A DNA stretch of 64,000 nt from an uncultured Gammaproteobacteria bacterium (GTDB lineage: Bacteria > Pseudomonadota > Gammaproteobacteria > Steroidobacterales > Rariloculaceae), in assembly GCA_964384125.1 (NCBI GenBank), contig CAYLKA010000004.1, positions 5,576-69,575 of the forward strand, read 5' to 3'. The notes under the pieces are model-generated. The model was given only the letters and a program-made list of their open reading frames with translations. It had not been told where the DNA came from and searched no databases. Below, in pieces: positions 38,583 through 47,637 of this stretch (position 1 is its first letter; every line of letters starts with the position of its first letter). The position numbers and the translations under genes were made by a program.

Positions 38583-39113
38583 ATGTCGGAGAATGCGAAA
38601 AGGAAATTCATTCCGCTCAGCATCGCGATACTTACTGTGTCCGATACTCGAGATGAGCAAACAGACCGATCAGGTGCGCTGCTCGCGCAGCGATTGATCG
38701 ATGCGGGGCACTGTTTGCACGAGAAAGCTATTGTAAAAGACGACCTCTCTGCGATCAGTGGGCAAGTCTCGCGATGGATCGCCGATGAGGCAGTCGAGGT
38801 TGTCATCTCTACGGGTGGCACGGGCGTGACCGGGCGAGATGGGACCCCGGAGGCCGTCGAACCGCTGCTTGAGAAGAGAATCGACGGTTTCGGAGAGCTT
38901 TTCCGAACGATATCCTACGAGGAGATCGGTACGTCCAGTCTGCAATCTCGATGCTTGGCCGGCGTTGCTAATGGCACGTACGTGTTTTGTCTTCCCGGAT
39001 CGACGAATGCGTGCGCAACGGGATGGGACAGAATCATTGCATTTCAGCTCGATTACCGCACGAGACCCTGCAACTTGGCGGAGCTCTTGCCTCGGCTGAA
39101 AGAGAAGAGTTAA
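38583..39113 (+). CDS. moaB: Molybdenum cofactor biosynthesis protein B (MoaB)
   Basis: 176 aa, colinear with E. coli MoaB. Motifs: FIPLSIAILTVSDTR, ISTGGTGVTGRD, EEIGTSSLQSR, LPGSTNAC and RTRPCNL. Confidence 0.88.
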   Translation: MSENAKRKFIPLSIAILTVSDTRDEQTDRSGALLAQRLIDAGHCLHEKAIVKDDLSAISGQVSRWIADEAVEVVISTGGTGVTGRDGTPEAVEPLLEKRIDGFGELFRTISYEEIGTSSLQSRCLAGVANGTYVFCLPGSTNACATGWDRIIAFQLDYRTRPCNLAELLPRLKEKS

Positions 39114-39127
39114 ATATTGCCTCCAGC

Positions 39128-39281
39128 GACCGAGGGGTGGTCGGAAACGGCCTGAGAGGCTGACCAGACGAGTCAGCTAACCCTTAGAACCTGATCCGGT
39201 TAGTACCGGCGAAGGGACGGAACTTTTCGAAGAATTCCCCACTCGCGATACGACCGGATCTCTTCACGGAGGAGATCCGCT
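39128..39281 (+). promoter_or_regulatory. TPP (THI-box) riboswitch with a Shine-Dalgarno-sequestering hairpin
   Basis: The aptamer lies at about 39128-39222: GAGGGGTGG...CCTGAGAGGCTGAC-loop-GTCAGCTAACCCTTAGAACCTGATCCGGTTAGTACCGGCGAAGGGACGG. This matches the conserved GGGGUG / CUGAGA / ACCC / ACCUGAUC-GG-UAnUnCC-GCG-AGGGA blocks. Downstream, the hairpin CGGATCTC (39255-39262) / GAGATCCG (39272-39279) occludes the GGAGGA Shine-Dalgarno just before ATG 39282. Confidence 0.85.
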
Positions 39282-41441
39282 ATGACGACAGTTACTTTCG
39301 CTCGCCTACCGAGAACGTTCGTTCTGGCGGTGCCTTTCATTTGCACTTGTATGGTTATGGCGTCGGGCGAGGCGCAAGAAGAGGCTACGGCCACGGCCTT
39401 AGAGGAGATCGTGGTTACGGCGGGCTTCCGGGAAGATGACCTCATGACGAGCCCCGGAAGCGTCACGGTCATAGATCAGGCGATTATCGACGATCGTGCG
39501 GCACAGCACCTGGAATCGGTACTGAACACGTCACCGAATATCAGCTACTCGAGTGGCGCCTCTCGCGCCCGGTTCGTACAGATTCGCGGTGTCGGCGATC
39601 TGGAGCAGTTCGCTGATCCCAAACACTTTCCGGCTGTCGGGATAGTGGTCGATGACATAAATTTGGGTGGAACGGCCAACGCGGGCATGTTGTTCGATGT
39701 CGAGCAAGTTGAGATCTCACGGGGTCCTCAGGGCACACGGTTTGGAACAAGTGCTTTGGCTGGCATGGTGAACATCCGTGGAAATCGTCCGACCGAATCG
39801 TTCGAGGGATACGGCCAGGTCGGTGCGGGGGCCTATGGTGGTTTGCAGGTTGGCGGAGTCGTCAGCGGACCAATAGCCGATACGGTATCGGCGCGTTTGG
39901 CTGTGCATCAAAACAAAAGCGATGGGTATATCGATAATGTCTTTCTCGGCAAGAATGATACCAACGGCTACGATGAGACATCGCTGCGTGGGAGTATGGA
40001 GATAGCGCCGAGTGAGAGCTCCACCTACGAATTCACTGCCCTGTACTTTGATGGCCAGAATGGTTACGACGCGTACTCCCTAGACAATTCTAGAAACACA
40101 TTGTCGGACCAACCCGGCCGGGACAACCAAGAGACTTTCGCATTGTCCGCACGGGGTAACTGGCAGCTGCGTGAAGCAATGACTCTGCAAATGGTCGCTA
40201 CCTGGCTTAATAGTGATCTTGAGTATGGGTTCGATGAAGATTGGACGTTTGTGGGAATCTGTGACGGAACTCTGTGCGACCCGGTCTTCGATTTCTACTC
40301 GAATACGGATAACTATCTCAGGGATCGCACGGAGGCGTCACTCGACGTCCGTCTGCTTGGCGATCTCCAGCTCGGTCCGATGGGCAACACCGAGTACGTG
40401 TTGGGGGCGTATGCACAACAGCGGGACGAGGATCTACATAGACAGTTCTACGGAGATTTTTTCAGCTTTTATGACACAGACCGGCTCGCCGTCTACGGTC
40501 AGCTGGACGCAGCTGTAACCGACCGTCTGGGTTTTACGTTCGGACTGCGTTACGAGGATTTCGGTGACAGCTATCGGGATACGCTGGATTTTCAGTCTTT
40601 CAGCGATGACTCTTTGCAGAGCGGTGAATTGACGTTCACGTATTCGGCGAATGAAAACTCTTTGGTGTACGCAACCGTATCGCGCGGCGCCAAAGCCGGG
40701 GGTGTTAATACTGAGGCCAGCGCGAATCTGCCCTTTATGCAACCCGTGTTCCAATCTTTCATTGGGCCCAGGCTGAGCGTAGAGAGCGAGACATTGCTGA
40801 ACAGAGAAGTAGGTGTGAAAGGGTCGTATCTTGACGGCCGACTCGCGCTGCGCGCTGCGATATTTCATATGCGCAGGGACAATGCTCAACTCGAGTCCTG
40901 GATGTGGGACGGTGTGAACTACCTCTGGATCGGCTTCCTAGACAACGTTGATGGGACAAACTGGGGATCGGAGGTTGAGGGTACGTACCAGCTTTCAGAT
41001 CGCGTTCAGTTATTCAGCTCTTTCGGTCGGCTGGAGGCGAATGTGGATAGCATTACTACCTACGATTTGGACGCGGCCGATTTCATCGTCAGGGAGAACA
41101 TCAGCCAGGCTAAGTCACCCCAGTGGCAGTACTATGTCGGAGCTGACCTAACGCTGACACCACTGTTGAGCGCTCGCCTCGGATTGGAAGGGCGGGATGT
41201 AAGCCGCTTCGGCTACCACCATGAGCAGAATCTCGGCGGCTACGATCTTTTGAACGCGAGTTTGCGTTACCGAACCGGGCGGACAGAGATTCAGCTTTGG
41301 GGGCGTAATTTGACCGACAAAGACTATGCGGTGCACGGCCTGTACTTCGGTAATGATCCGCGTAAGGGTTGGGTCAACGAGACTTACTATCAGTATGGGG
41401 AACCCCGCGTCGTGGGCGTGACCGTAAAATACTCATTTTAA
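39282..41441 (+). CDS. TonB-dependent outer-membrane receptor (thiamine-regulon)
   Basis: 719 aa with a signal peptide. TonB-box/plug region: LEEIVVTAGF...PGSVTVI...RGPQGTRFGTSALAGMVNI. The C-terminal beta-barrel ends in ...VTVKYSF. Confidence 0.9.
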   Translation: MTTVTFARLPRTFVLAVPFICTCMVMASGEAQEEATATALEEIVVTAGFREDDLMTSPGSVTVIDQAIIDDRAAQHLESVLNTSPNISYSSGASRARFVQIRGVGDLEQFADPKHFPAVGIVVDDINLGGTANAGMLFDVEQVEISRGPQGTRFGTSALAGMVNIRGNRPTESFEGYGQVGAGAYGGLQVGGVVSGPIADTVSARLAVHQNKSDGYIDNVFLGKNDTNGYDETSLRGSMEIAPSESSTYEFTALYFDGQNGYDAYSLDNSRNTLSDQPGRDNQETFALSARGNWQLREAMTLQMVATWLNSDLEYGFDEDWTFVGICDGTLCDPVFDFYSNTDNYLRDRTEASLDVRLLGDLQLGPMGNTEYVLGAYAQQRDEDLHRQFYGDFFSFYDTDRLAVYGQLDAAVTDRLGFTFGLRYEDFGDSYRDTLDFQSFSDDSLQSGELTFTYSANENSLVYATVSRGAKAGGVNTEASANLPFMQPVFQSFIGPRLSVESETLLNREVGVKGSYLDGRLALRAAIFHMRRDNAQLESWMWDGVNYLWIGFLDNVDGTNWGSEVEGTYQLSDRVQLFSSFGRLEANVDSITTYDLDAADFIVRENISQAKSPQWQYYVGADLTLTPLLSARLGLEGRDVSRFGYHHEQNLGGYDLLNASLRYRTGRTEIQLWGRNLTDKDYAVHGLYFGNDPRKGWVNETYYQYGEPRVVGVTVKYSF

Positions 41442-41467
41442 AGGGAAAAGAGGATTCCGGAGTACCA

Positions 41468-41746
41468 ATGCGCATAACAGCCGAGATCAGTCTATATCCG
41501 TTGCGAGAGGAGTTTTTGTCGCCGATTCAGTCGTTTATTCGAGATCTCCAGGAGTCCTCAGCGTTAGAGATCACGGTGAATCAGATGAGCACGCAACTGG
41601 TGGGTGAACTACACGATGTGAGCCTAGCGCTGGAGAAGGCGCTCGAGATGTCGTTCCGAACCGGTGGCTCCCAGGTTTTGGTGGCTAAATTCCTGAATGC
41701 CGATCTACCACTCGATGTAGCTCCTGATCTTGGTTCCGGCGTGTGA
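41468..41746 (+). CDS. MTH1187/YkoF-family small thiamine-binding-type protein
   Basis: 93 aa starting at ATG 41468. MRITAEISLYPLREEFLSPIQSFIRDL...STQLVGELHDV fits the family pattern (aeisv.P.g...s.yv...i). Confidence 0.65.
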   Translation: MRITAEISLYPLREEFLSPIQSFIRDLQESSALEITVNQMSTQLVGELHDVSLALEKALEMSFRTGGSQVLVAKFLNADLPLDVAPDLGSGV

Positions 41747-41752
41747 GCCTCG

Positions 41753-42343
41753 GTGATCGATGATCTTTCCACCGCGCTTGCGGAACTCTCAATCGCGGAG
41801 ATCGCAGCCGTCATTCTAGCGCTAGCCTATTTAGTCCTAGCAGTTCGCCAAAATATCCTCTGCTGGTTTGCGGCACTGTTCAGTTCCTGTGTCTACATAG
41901 GAGTGTTCTTCACGGCCCAGTTGTACATGGAATCGGTTCTGCAGATTTTCTACGCGGCAATGGCGATTTACGGTTGGTATGAGTGGCGCTACGGAGGTTC
42001 CGAACAGGACGGCGTATCCATCAACGTCTGGAGTGTTCGCCAACATGTCATCGCCCTCGGGGGCATTGCGGTCCTATCGTTATTGTTTGGTTGGGGCATG
42101 TCGCACACGGAAGCTGCTTTTCCCTACGCGGATTCATTCACGACGGTTGCGGCGATCGTGGCCACATTCATGGTAGCCCGGAAGGTGCTGGAGAATTGGG
42201 TTTATTGGTTCGTCATTGACAGTATTTCTGTGTATCTCTACCTGTCTCGTGAGCTGTATCTCACGGCACTCCTGTTTCTTCTGTATCTCGTCTTGATCGT
42301 TGTCGGGTTCAGAACCTGGTGGCGGGAATACCAGCATGTATGA
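41753..42343 (+). CDS. PnuC-family transporter (PnuT-type, thiamine context)
   Basis: 196 aa with about 7 TM segments. PnuC motifs are QNILCWFAALFSS, QIFYAAMAIYGWYEW and NWVYWFVID. Confidence 0.82.
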   Translation: MIDDLSTALAELSIAEIAAVILALAYLVLAVRQNILCWFAALFSSCVYIGVFFTAQLYMESVLQIFYAAMAIYGWYEWRYGGSEQDGVSINVWSVRQHVIALGGIAVLSLLFGWGMSHTEAAFPYADSFTTVAAIVATFMVARKVLENWVYWFVIDSISVYLYLSRELYLTALLFLLYLVLIVVGFRTWWREYQHV

Positions 42344-43232
42344 GGCGATCGTTGCACAAGAAGATCTGAGTCATTTGTCTCGTTTGCTGAAGGTGAACGC
42401 CAGTGATTTGCTGGTCGAACCGCTCCCCGGTGGACTCAGCAATCGGAGTTTTCATTTCAGTTATGGCGAAAAGCAATGGGCTGTTCGTCTGCCGAAAAAC
42501 ATCGAAGCGAACCGATTCCAAACACTGGACATTGAATGCGAACAACAGTTGCTCGCGGTGGTTGCTCAGACCGGCCTCACTCCAAAGGTTGTCCTTTATG
42601 ACCCAGACACTGGAGCACTGATTACGGAATTTCTGAGGAACGCCGTGCCCTGGACGCCGGAGATAGCGAGACTTCCTGAGAACATTGAACGAATCGCCAC
42701 AACACTCCGTTCGCTTCATGGGATCAGAGTGAGCCCGGACCTTCTGAGCCCGTTTTATCCGGTCCAACTGGCGGAGAGGTATCTCAATATGGCCTATCGT
42801 TCGCAGCGAAGTGAGGACCGCAATCTCGCTGTTGAGGAGAAGCATTGGGAAGAAGAGCTCCGTCGACTGGCAGGCTTGTATGAGGCCCGCTTTCCCCCGA
42901 ACGCAGTCTGTCACCATGACCTTGTCGCGGCCAATATCCTCGAGGATGATCAGCTTTGGCTCTTGGATTTCGAGTATGCGATGTGGGCAGATCCGGTGCT
43001 AGATCTCGCGAGTCTGTCGGCCATGAATGGTTACGATGCGACTCAGCGCAATCTCTTGAGCCAAAAGTACTTCGATGCCGAGCCGATTCCTTTTGCTACC
43101 GAGCATTTGGATGACGTCATACGGCTCGAGCTTTTGCTGAGCTACTTTTGGGCGGTATCACGACAAAGCGCAGTCGAAGAGGCGGACGACATGATTCGTT
43201 TTGCTGACTCCATGGCGGCGATGCTAAGGTAG
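42336..43232 (+). CDS. Choline/thiamine-kinase-like phosphotransferase (probable thiamine kinase)
   Basis: ATG 42336 overlaps the PnuC stop by 8 nt. The kinase motifs are CHHDLVAANIL and LLDFEYA, with GGLSNRSF near the N-terminus. It is the last gene of the riboswitch-controlled operon. Confidence 0.7.
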   Translation: MYEAIVAQEDLSHLSRLLKVNASDLLVEPLPGGLSNRSFHFSYGEKQWAVRLPKNIEANRFQTLDIECEQQLLAVVAQTGLTPKVVLYDPDTGALITEFLRNAVPWTPEIARLPENIERIATTLRSLHGIRVSPDLLSPFYPVQLAERYLNMAYRSQRSEDRNLAVEEKHWEEELRRLAGLYEARFPPNAVCHHDLVAANILEDDQLWLLDFEYAMWADPVLDLASLSAMNGYDATQRNLLSQKYFDAEPIPFATEHLDDVIRLELLLSYFWAVSRQSAVEEADDMIRFADSMAAMLR

Positions 43233-43274
43233 CGCCGAACTGATCGCAGGACCCACCAGGGCCCGGAGCATCCC

Positions 43275-44153
43275 TTGATTGAAAAAGTCGCATTTCTCGG
43301 TCTTGGTGTCATGGGGTTTCCCATGGCAGGGTGGCTACAGCGTGCCGGGTTGGAAGTTACCGTCTTTAATCGAACAGCGGAGAAGGCTGAGCGCTGGTGT
43401 GAAGAATACGGTGGGACCAATGCCGATAGCCCGGCGGCTGCGGCGACGGGAGCCGAGGCCGTCTTCAGCTGCCTTGGGGATGACCCGGATCTGCGAGCGG
43501 TGATCCTTGAGCAGGGTGTGATCGACGCCATGTCACCGGGCTCCCTATTCGTGGATCACACGACAGCATCGGCGGATATGGCTAGAGAAATCGCTGCAGC
43601 CGGCGCTACGCGCGGGGTTCATTGTCTGGATTCGCCAGTGTCCGGAGGGCAGGCGGGTGCCGAGGGCGGCAAGCTGACGGTGATGGTGGGCGGTGAGGCA
43701 GAGCCTTTCCAGCGGGTCGAGCCACTGATCCGCGCGTACGCCAAAACCGTCCGGCTGGTTGGGCCTTGTGGTAGTGGGCAGTTGACGAAGATGGTGAATC
43801 AGATCGCTATCGCGGGTCTCGTGCAGGGCCTGGCCGAAGCATTGAATTTCGCCGCGCGAGCGGAACTCGATCCCGAGGTCGTTGTGGACGTGATCTGCGG
43901 GGGGGCTGCGCAGTCCTGGCAGATGGACAATCGATGGCAAACCATGGTGGCTGGTGATTTCGATTTCGGATTTGCCGTTGAATGGATGCGAAAGGATCTC
44001 CGCATCTGTCTGGAGGAAGCTCGCCGCAATGGTGCAGAGCTGCCGGTAGCAGCGCTGGTGGATCAGTTCTATGCGGACGTTGTTCGCATGGGTGGTAAGC
44101 GTTGGGACACCTCCAGTCTCATTGCTCGGTTGAATCGTCACGACAAGAGCTAA
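43275..44153 (+). CDS. NAD(P)-dependent oxidoreductase, 3-hydroxyisobutyrate dehydrogenase family
   Basis: 292 aa with a TTG start. It has the Rossmann motif VAFLGLGVMGFPMA and GSGQLTKMVNQ. Confidence 0.82.
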   Translation: MIEKVAFLGLGVMGFPMAGWLQRAGLEVTVFNRTAEKAERWCEEYGGTNADSPAAAATGAEAVFSCLGDDPDLRAVILEQGVIDAMSPGSLFVDHTTASADMAREIAAAGATRGVHCLDSPVSGGQAGAEGGKLTVMVGGEAEPFQRVEPLIRAYAKTVRLVGPCGSGQLTKMVNQIAIAGLVQGLAEALNFAARAELDPEVVVDVICGGAAQSWQMDNRWQTMVAGDFDFGFAVEWMRKDLRICLEEARRNGAELPVAALVDQFYADVVRMGGKRWDTSSLIARLNRHDKS

Positions 44154-45022
44154 TGGAACCTGTTCTCGCCGATCTCCTGAAGCTCCTTGAGCTGGAACGG
44201 ATAGAGGAAAACTATTTTCGTGGCGAGAGTCGGGACATTGGCAGTCGTCGTGTGTTCGGTGGTCAGGTTCTGGGCCAGGCCCTAACCGCAGCGAACTACA
44301 CGGTAGAGGATCGTGAAGTTCACTCGTTGCATGCTTACTTTCTCCGCGCCGGGGACTCCAAAGCACCTATCCTGTACGAGGTTGACCGAGCCAGAGATGG
44401 CAAGAGCTTCAGCAACCGTCGTGTGGTTGCGGTCCAACACGGACGCCCCATGTTCAACATGGCGGCCTCGTTCCAGGCGCCGGAAGAGGGTGTGCAGCAC
44501 CAGGCCGAGATCCCGGACGTCTCGGGCCCCGAGGGTTTAGCGGATGTGAGTGACGTTCCGGGGGACATTCTTGAGACCTTGCCTCTGGAAATGCGTCGTT
44601 TCCTGACACGCTCGAGACCTGTCGAAATGCGTCCCGTAGATCCGATCGATCTCACAAAGCGTGCACCGAGGGATCCCGTGCGTCGAGTCTGGATCCGCAC
44701 TGTGGATGAGCTGCCTGATGATCCGGATCTGCACCGGAATCTGTTGGCTTATATTTCGGACTATCAGCTGGTTGGAACGGCAACGCTGCCGCATGGCATC
44801 CGGTGGGAGGAGGGGAACGTGCAGATGGCGAGCCTTGATCACGCGATGTGGTTCCATCGCCCGTTTCGGGCCGACGAATGGCTTTTGTACGCGATAGAAA
44901 GCCCCAACGCGTCCGGGGCGCGAGGATTGGCCACGGGCCGATTCTTCAAGCCGGACGGCACCCTCGTAGCTTCAGTAGCTCAGGAAGGCTTGATTCGTAT
45001 TTGGCCAGAGGACGGCGGTTAG
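44153..45022 (+). CDS. tesB: Acyl-CoA thioesterase II
   Basis: ATG 44153 overlaps the upstream TAA (TAATG). The TesB pattern is LLELERIEENYFRGES...VFGGQVLGQAL...HSLHAYFLR...DHAMWFHRPFRADEWLLY. Confidence 0.88.
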   Translation: MEPVLADLLKLLELERIEENYFRGESRDIGSRRVFGGQVLGQALTAANYTVEDREVHSLHAYFLRAGDSKAPILYEVDRARDGKSFSNRRVVAVQHGRPMFNMAASFQAPEEGVQHQAEIPDVSGPEGLADVSDVPGDILETLPLEMRRFLTRSRPVEMRPVDPIDLTKRAPRDPVRRVWIRTVDELPDDPDLHRNLLAYISDYQLVGTATLPHGIRWEEGNVQMASLDHAMWFHRPFRADEWLLYAIESPNASGARGLATGRFFKPDGTLVASVAQEGLIRIWPEDGG

Positions 45023-45034
45023 CCCCACTCAAGG

Positions 45035-45556
45035 TTAGCGAGGAGTGAGCTCCTCTCGGTAACGCTGGCTACGCATCACATAGTGGTCCACCGTCCACTT
45101 CATGAGTTCGATTTCTTCTTCGGTGACTTCGCGGATGCGTCGGGCTGGGGAGCCAATAATCAGCGAGCGGTCCGGAAATTCTTTGCCCTCGGTTACCAGC
45201 GCCTGGGCACCGACGATACAGTATTTCCCGATCACGACATGATTGAGAAGCGTTGCACCCATTCCGATTAGGGATCCGGCGCCGATGTGGCAACCGTGTG
45301 CCGTTACTGAGTGACCAATGCTGACATCCTTTTCCAGAACGAGTGGTATACCAGTGTCCACATGGAACACAGAGGCGTCCTGGATATTGCAGCGGTCGCC
45401 GATGGTAATTGTGTCGTTGTCGCCGCGAAGTACCGTGTTGAACCACACGCTTGCGTCTTTCCCGAGAATCACTCGGCCAATGACTGCGGCGTTCGGAGCT
45501 ACGAAATAGTCATTACCGACGGTCTGGACGCAATCGTCGCCAAGGTCGTATAGCAT
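45035..45556 (-). CDS. Gamma-class carbonic anhydrase-like / hexapeptide-repeat protein
   Basis: 173 aa with left-handed beta-helix hexapeptide repeats. Motifs are WFNTVLRGD and GHSVTAHGCHIG. Confidence 0.82.
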   Translation of the reverse strand: MLYDLGDDCVQTVGNDYFVAPNAAVIGRVILGKDASVWFNTVLRGDNDTITIGDRCNIQDASVFHVDTGIPLVLEKDVSIGHSVTAHGCHIGAGSLIGMGATLLNHVVIGKYCIVGAQALVTEGKEFPDRSLIIGSPARRIREVTEEEIELMKWTVDHYVMRSQRYREELTPR

Positions 45557-45688
45557 GAGTCAGTCCGCCTCCCGGTCACGATTGATGCTTGTGGTGTAGT
45601 GTAATGTGTTCAGGCGAGGGCGAAACCGGACGCACTGTCTAAGGAGCCCCAGCATCTAGCCCGCCTCTTGCGATCCGCCCCAAGCGAC

Positions 45689-46453
45689 TCATCCGGATGC
45701 TTGATCCGCAATGGCTTTAGCAGCGGCAGCGATGGCTTCGGTATCCCCGAGATATTCCGCCCGCAAAGGTCGTAGGTTGGCATCCAGTTCATAGATCCGG
45801 GGAACACCCGTGGGGATGTTGAATTCGGTGATCTCTTCCTCGGAGATGTTTTCAAGCATCATCGCGAGGGCTCGCAAGCTATTGCCATGAGCCGCAATGA
45901 GGACGTTTCGCCCCGCTTTCAGCTGTGGCTCAATTCGTTCTTGCCAGCAGGGTCGAATCCTTTCTAGAGTGGTTTTCAACGACTCCGTTGCCGGTAGTTC
46001 GGCCTCCGCGAGCCCCTGGTACCGGAGGTCGTTTCCGGGGTGGCGATCGTCATCCGTTTCTAGCGGTGGGGGTGGAATGTCAAAGCTGCGGCGCCAGATC
46101 TTTGTCTGGTCTGCGCCATGTTGAGCGGTTGTTTCAGCCTTATTCAACCCTTGCAGTGCCCCGTAGTGCCGCTCGTTCAAGCGCCAGTCTCGTTCCACCG
46201 GGATCCACATGAGATTCATCTCATCGAGAATTAGCCACAGTGTGCGGATCGCGCGGGTGAGCACAGATGTGTAGGCGAGATCGAAGGTGAGCCCCTCGCT
46301 ACTTAGGAGTCGACCGGCGGCAACCGCCTCCTGGGTGCCTTGTTTCGTTAAGTCCACATCCGCCCATCCGGTGAATAGGTTCTTGAGGTTCCACTCGCTT
46401 TGGCCATGCCGAATCAGCACAAGCGTAGCTGTCTTTAGAGCATCGTTGTTCAT
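45689..46453 (-). CDS. gpmA: 2,3-bisphosphoglycerate-dependent phosphoglycerate mutase
   Basis: 254 aa with [22 protein letters not shown] and [10 protein letters not shown]. Confidence 0.93.
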   Translation of the reverse strand: MNNDALKTATLVLIRHGQSEWNLKNLFTGWADVDLTKQGTQEAVAAGRLLSSEGLTFDLAYTSVLTRAIRTLWLILDEMNLMWIPVERDWRLNERHYGALQGLNKAETTAQHGADQTKIWRRSFDIPPPPLETDDDRHPGNDLRYQGLAEAELPATESLKTTLERIRPCWQERIEPQLKAGRNVLIAAHGNSLRALAMMLENISEEEITEFNIPTGVPRIYELDANLRPLRAEYLGDTEAIAAAAKAIADQASG

Positions 46454-46539
46454 GGTGGCCGTATTGTTGGGACATCGGTGCCGTAGATCAACAGGCTAGC
46501 ACGCAAAATTGTTTCGGAGTGTCTCACGTGTCAGCACCT

Positions 46540-47637
46540 CTATGGAATGTGCGGTGAGGCTAGGTAGTCGTGGCTCTGCATTTCCTCCAAGCGACTCCTC
46601 GTACGCTGAAATTCCAGCTTGAGCCTCTCGCCGGTATAGAGCGACGATAAGGCGGTGGCCGCAGACAAGATTAGCTTTACACGCCGATCATAGAACTCGT
46701 CCACTAGTGCGACGAACCTCCGTGTTTGATCTTCCAGTTCCTTTGTGAGTTTCGGCACATTCGATATAACTACTGTCTGATAGCACCGCGACAGCTCGAT
46801 GTAATCATTTTGGCTACGAGGACCATCGCATATCTGGGGAAAGTCGAACCAGACCACACCGTCAGCGGCGCGGCGAGCCTCGATCTTTCGGCCGAGGATC
46901 TCGATATGCAGGTTCCTTTCACCCTCGTCGGGTGCGATGGCCTCGAAACATTCCGACAGTTTTTGATCTGCTATAGCCCCAGTGGGTTCCAGATACACGT
47001 CCGCCCGTTCTAGAACTCGGAGCCGATAGTCGAGTGGGCCGCAGAGCTCCACGACGCGAGTGTGCTTTTTGATAAGAGAGATGGCGCTCAAAAACCGTTG
47101 TCGTTGTAGCCCCCCCCTATAAAGATCGTCTGGTCTGGTATTCGATGTGGCAACGAGAGTCATCCCGCGATCGAACAGTGCATCGAATAGATTACTGAGA
47201 ATCATCGCGTCGGCGATATCCGATACGAAGAACTCGTCAAAGCAAATAATCCGCGTCTGGCCAGCGATTCTGTCGGCCGTGAGCTCGAGCGGGTTAGGTC
47301 GAGCCCGAAATTCCCCTAGGGTGTCGTGAACGCCGCCCATGAAGCGGTGGAAATGTTCGCGGACTTTGTCTTCGAAGGGCAGGCAGTCATAGAAGAGATC
47401 CATGAGGAACGTTTTGCCGCGGCCGACGCCACCCCAAAGATACACGCCGCGTGTCGGGGTGAACGTGTTGCCAGACAGCCTAGCCAGATAGCGCCGCCAG
47501 CCCCGGTGGCGAGGGCCTTCATTAACCAGTGCGGCATAGACGTCCTGAAGTGCTTCGATCGCCGGCATCTGATGTGGGTCTGCGGAAATCTTTCCACTGT
47601 CCACACGGTGCCGATAGCGGGTGAGAGGCGAGGTCAT
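46540..47637 (-). CDS. zapE: Cell division protein ZapE (AFG1-like ATPase)
   Basis: 365 aa with Walker A GGVGRGKTFLMD and Walker B ICFDEFFVSDI. Its start overlaps the upstream gene's stop by 4 nt. Confidence 0.85.
   Translation of the reverse strand: MTSPLTRYRHRVDSGKISADPHQMPAIEALQDVYAALVNEGPRHRGWRRYLARLSGNTFTPTRGVYLWGGVGRGKTFLMDLFYDCLPFEDKVREHFHRFMGGVHDTLGEFRARPNPLELTADRIAGQTRIICFDEFFVSDIADAMILSNLFDALFDRGMTLVATSNTRPDDLYRGGLQRQRFLSAISLIKKHTRVVELCGPLDYRLRVLERADVYLEPTGAIADQKLSECFEAIAPDEGERNLHIEILGRKIEARRAADGVVWFDFPQICDGPRSQNDYIELSRCYQTVVISNVPKLTKELEDQTRRFVALVDEFYDRRVKLILSAATALSSLYTGERLKLEFQRTRSRLEEMQSHDYLASPHIP

Noticed and set aside
37509-38660. Large antisense or overlapping ORFs fall inside confidently called genes. 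Examples are 37509-38222 and 37710-38660, and also 20548-21306, 43545-44366, 16630-17199 and 42309-42917.
   Set aside because: They lie inside genes with clear family motifs on the other frame or strand. Their products are Arg/Pro/Ser-rich, as is typical of shadow ORFs in GC-rich DNA.
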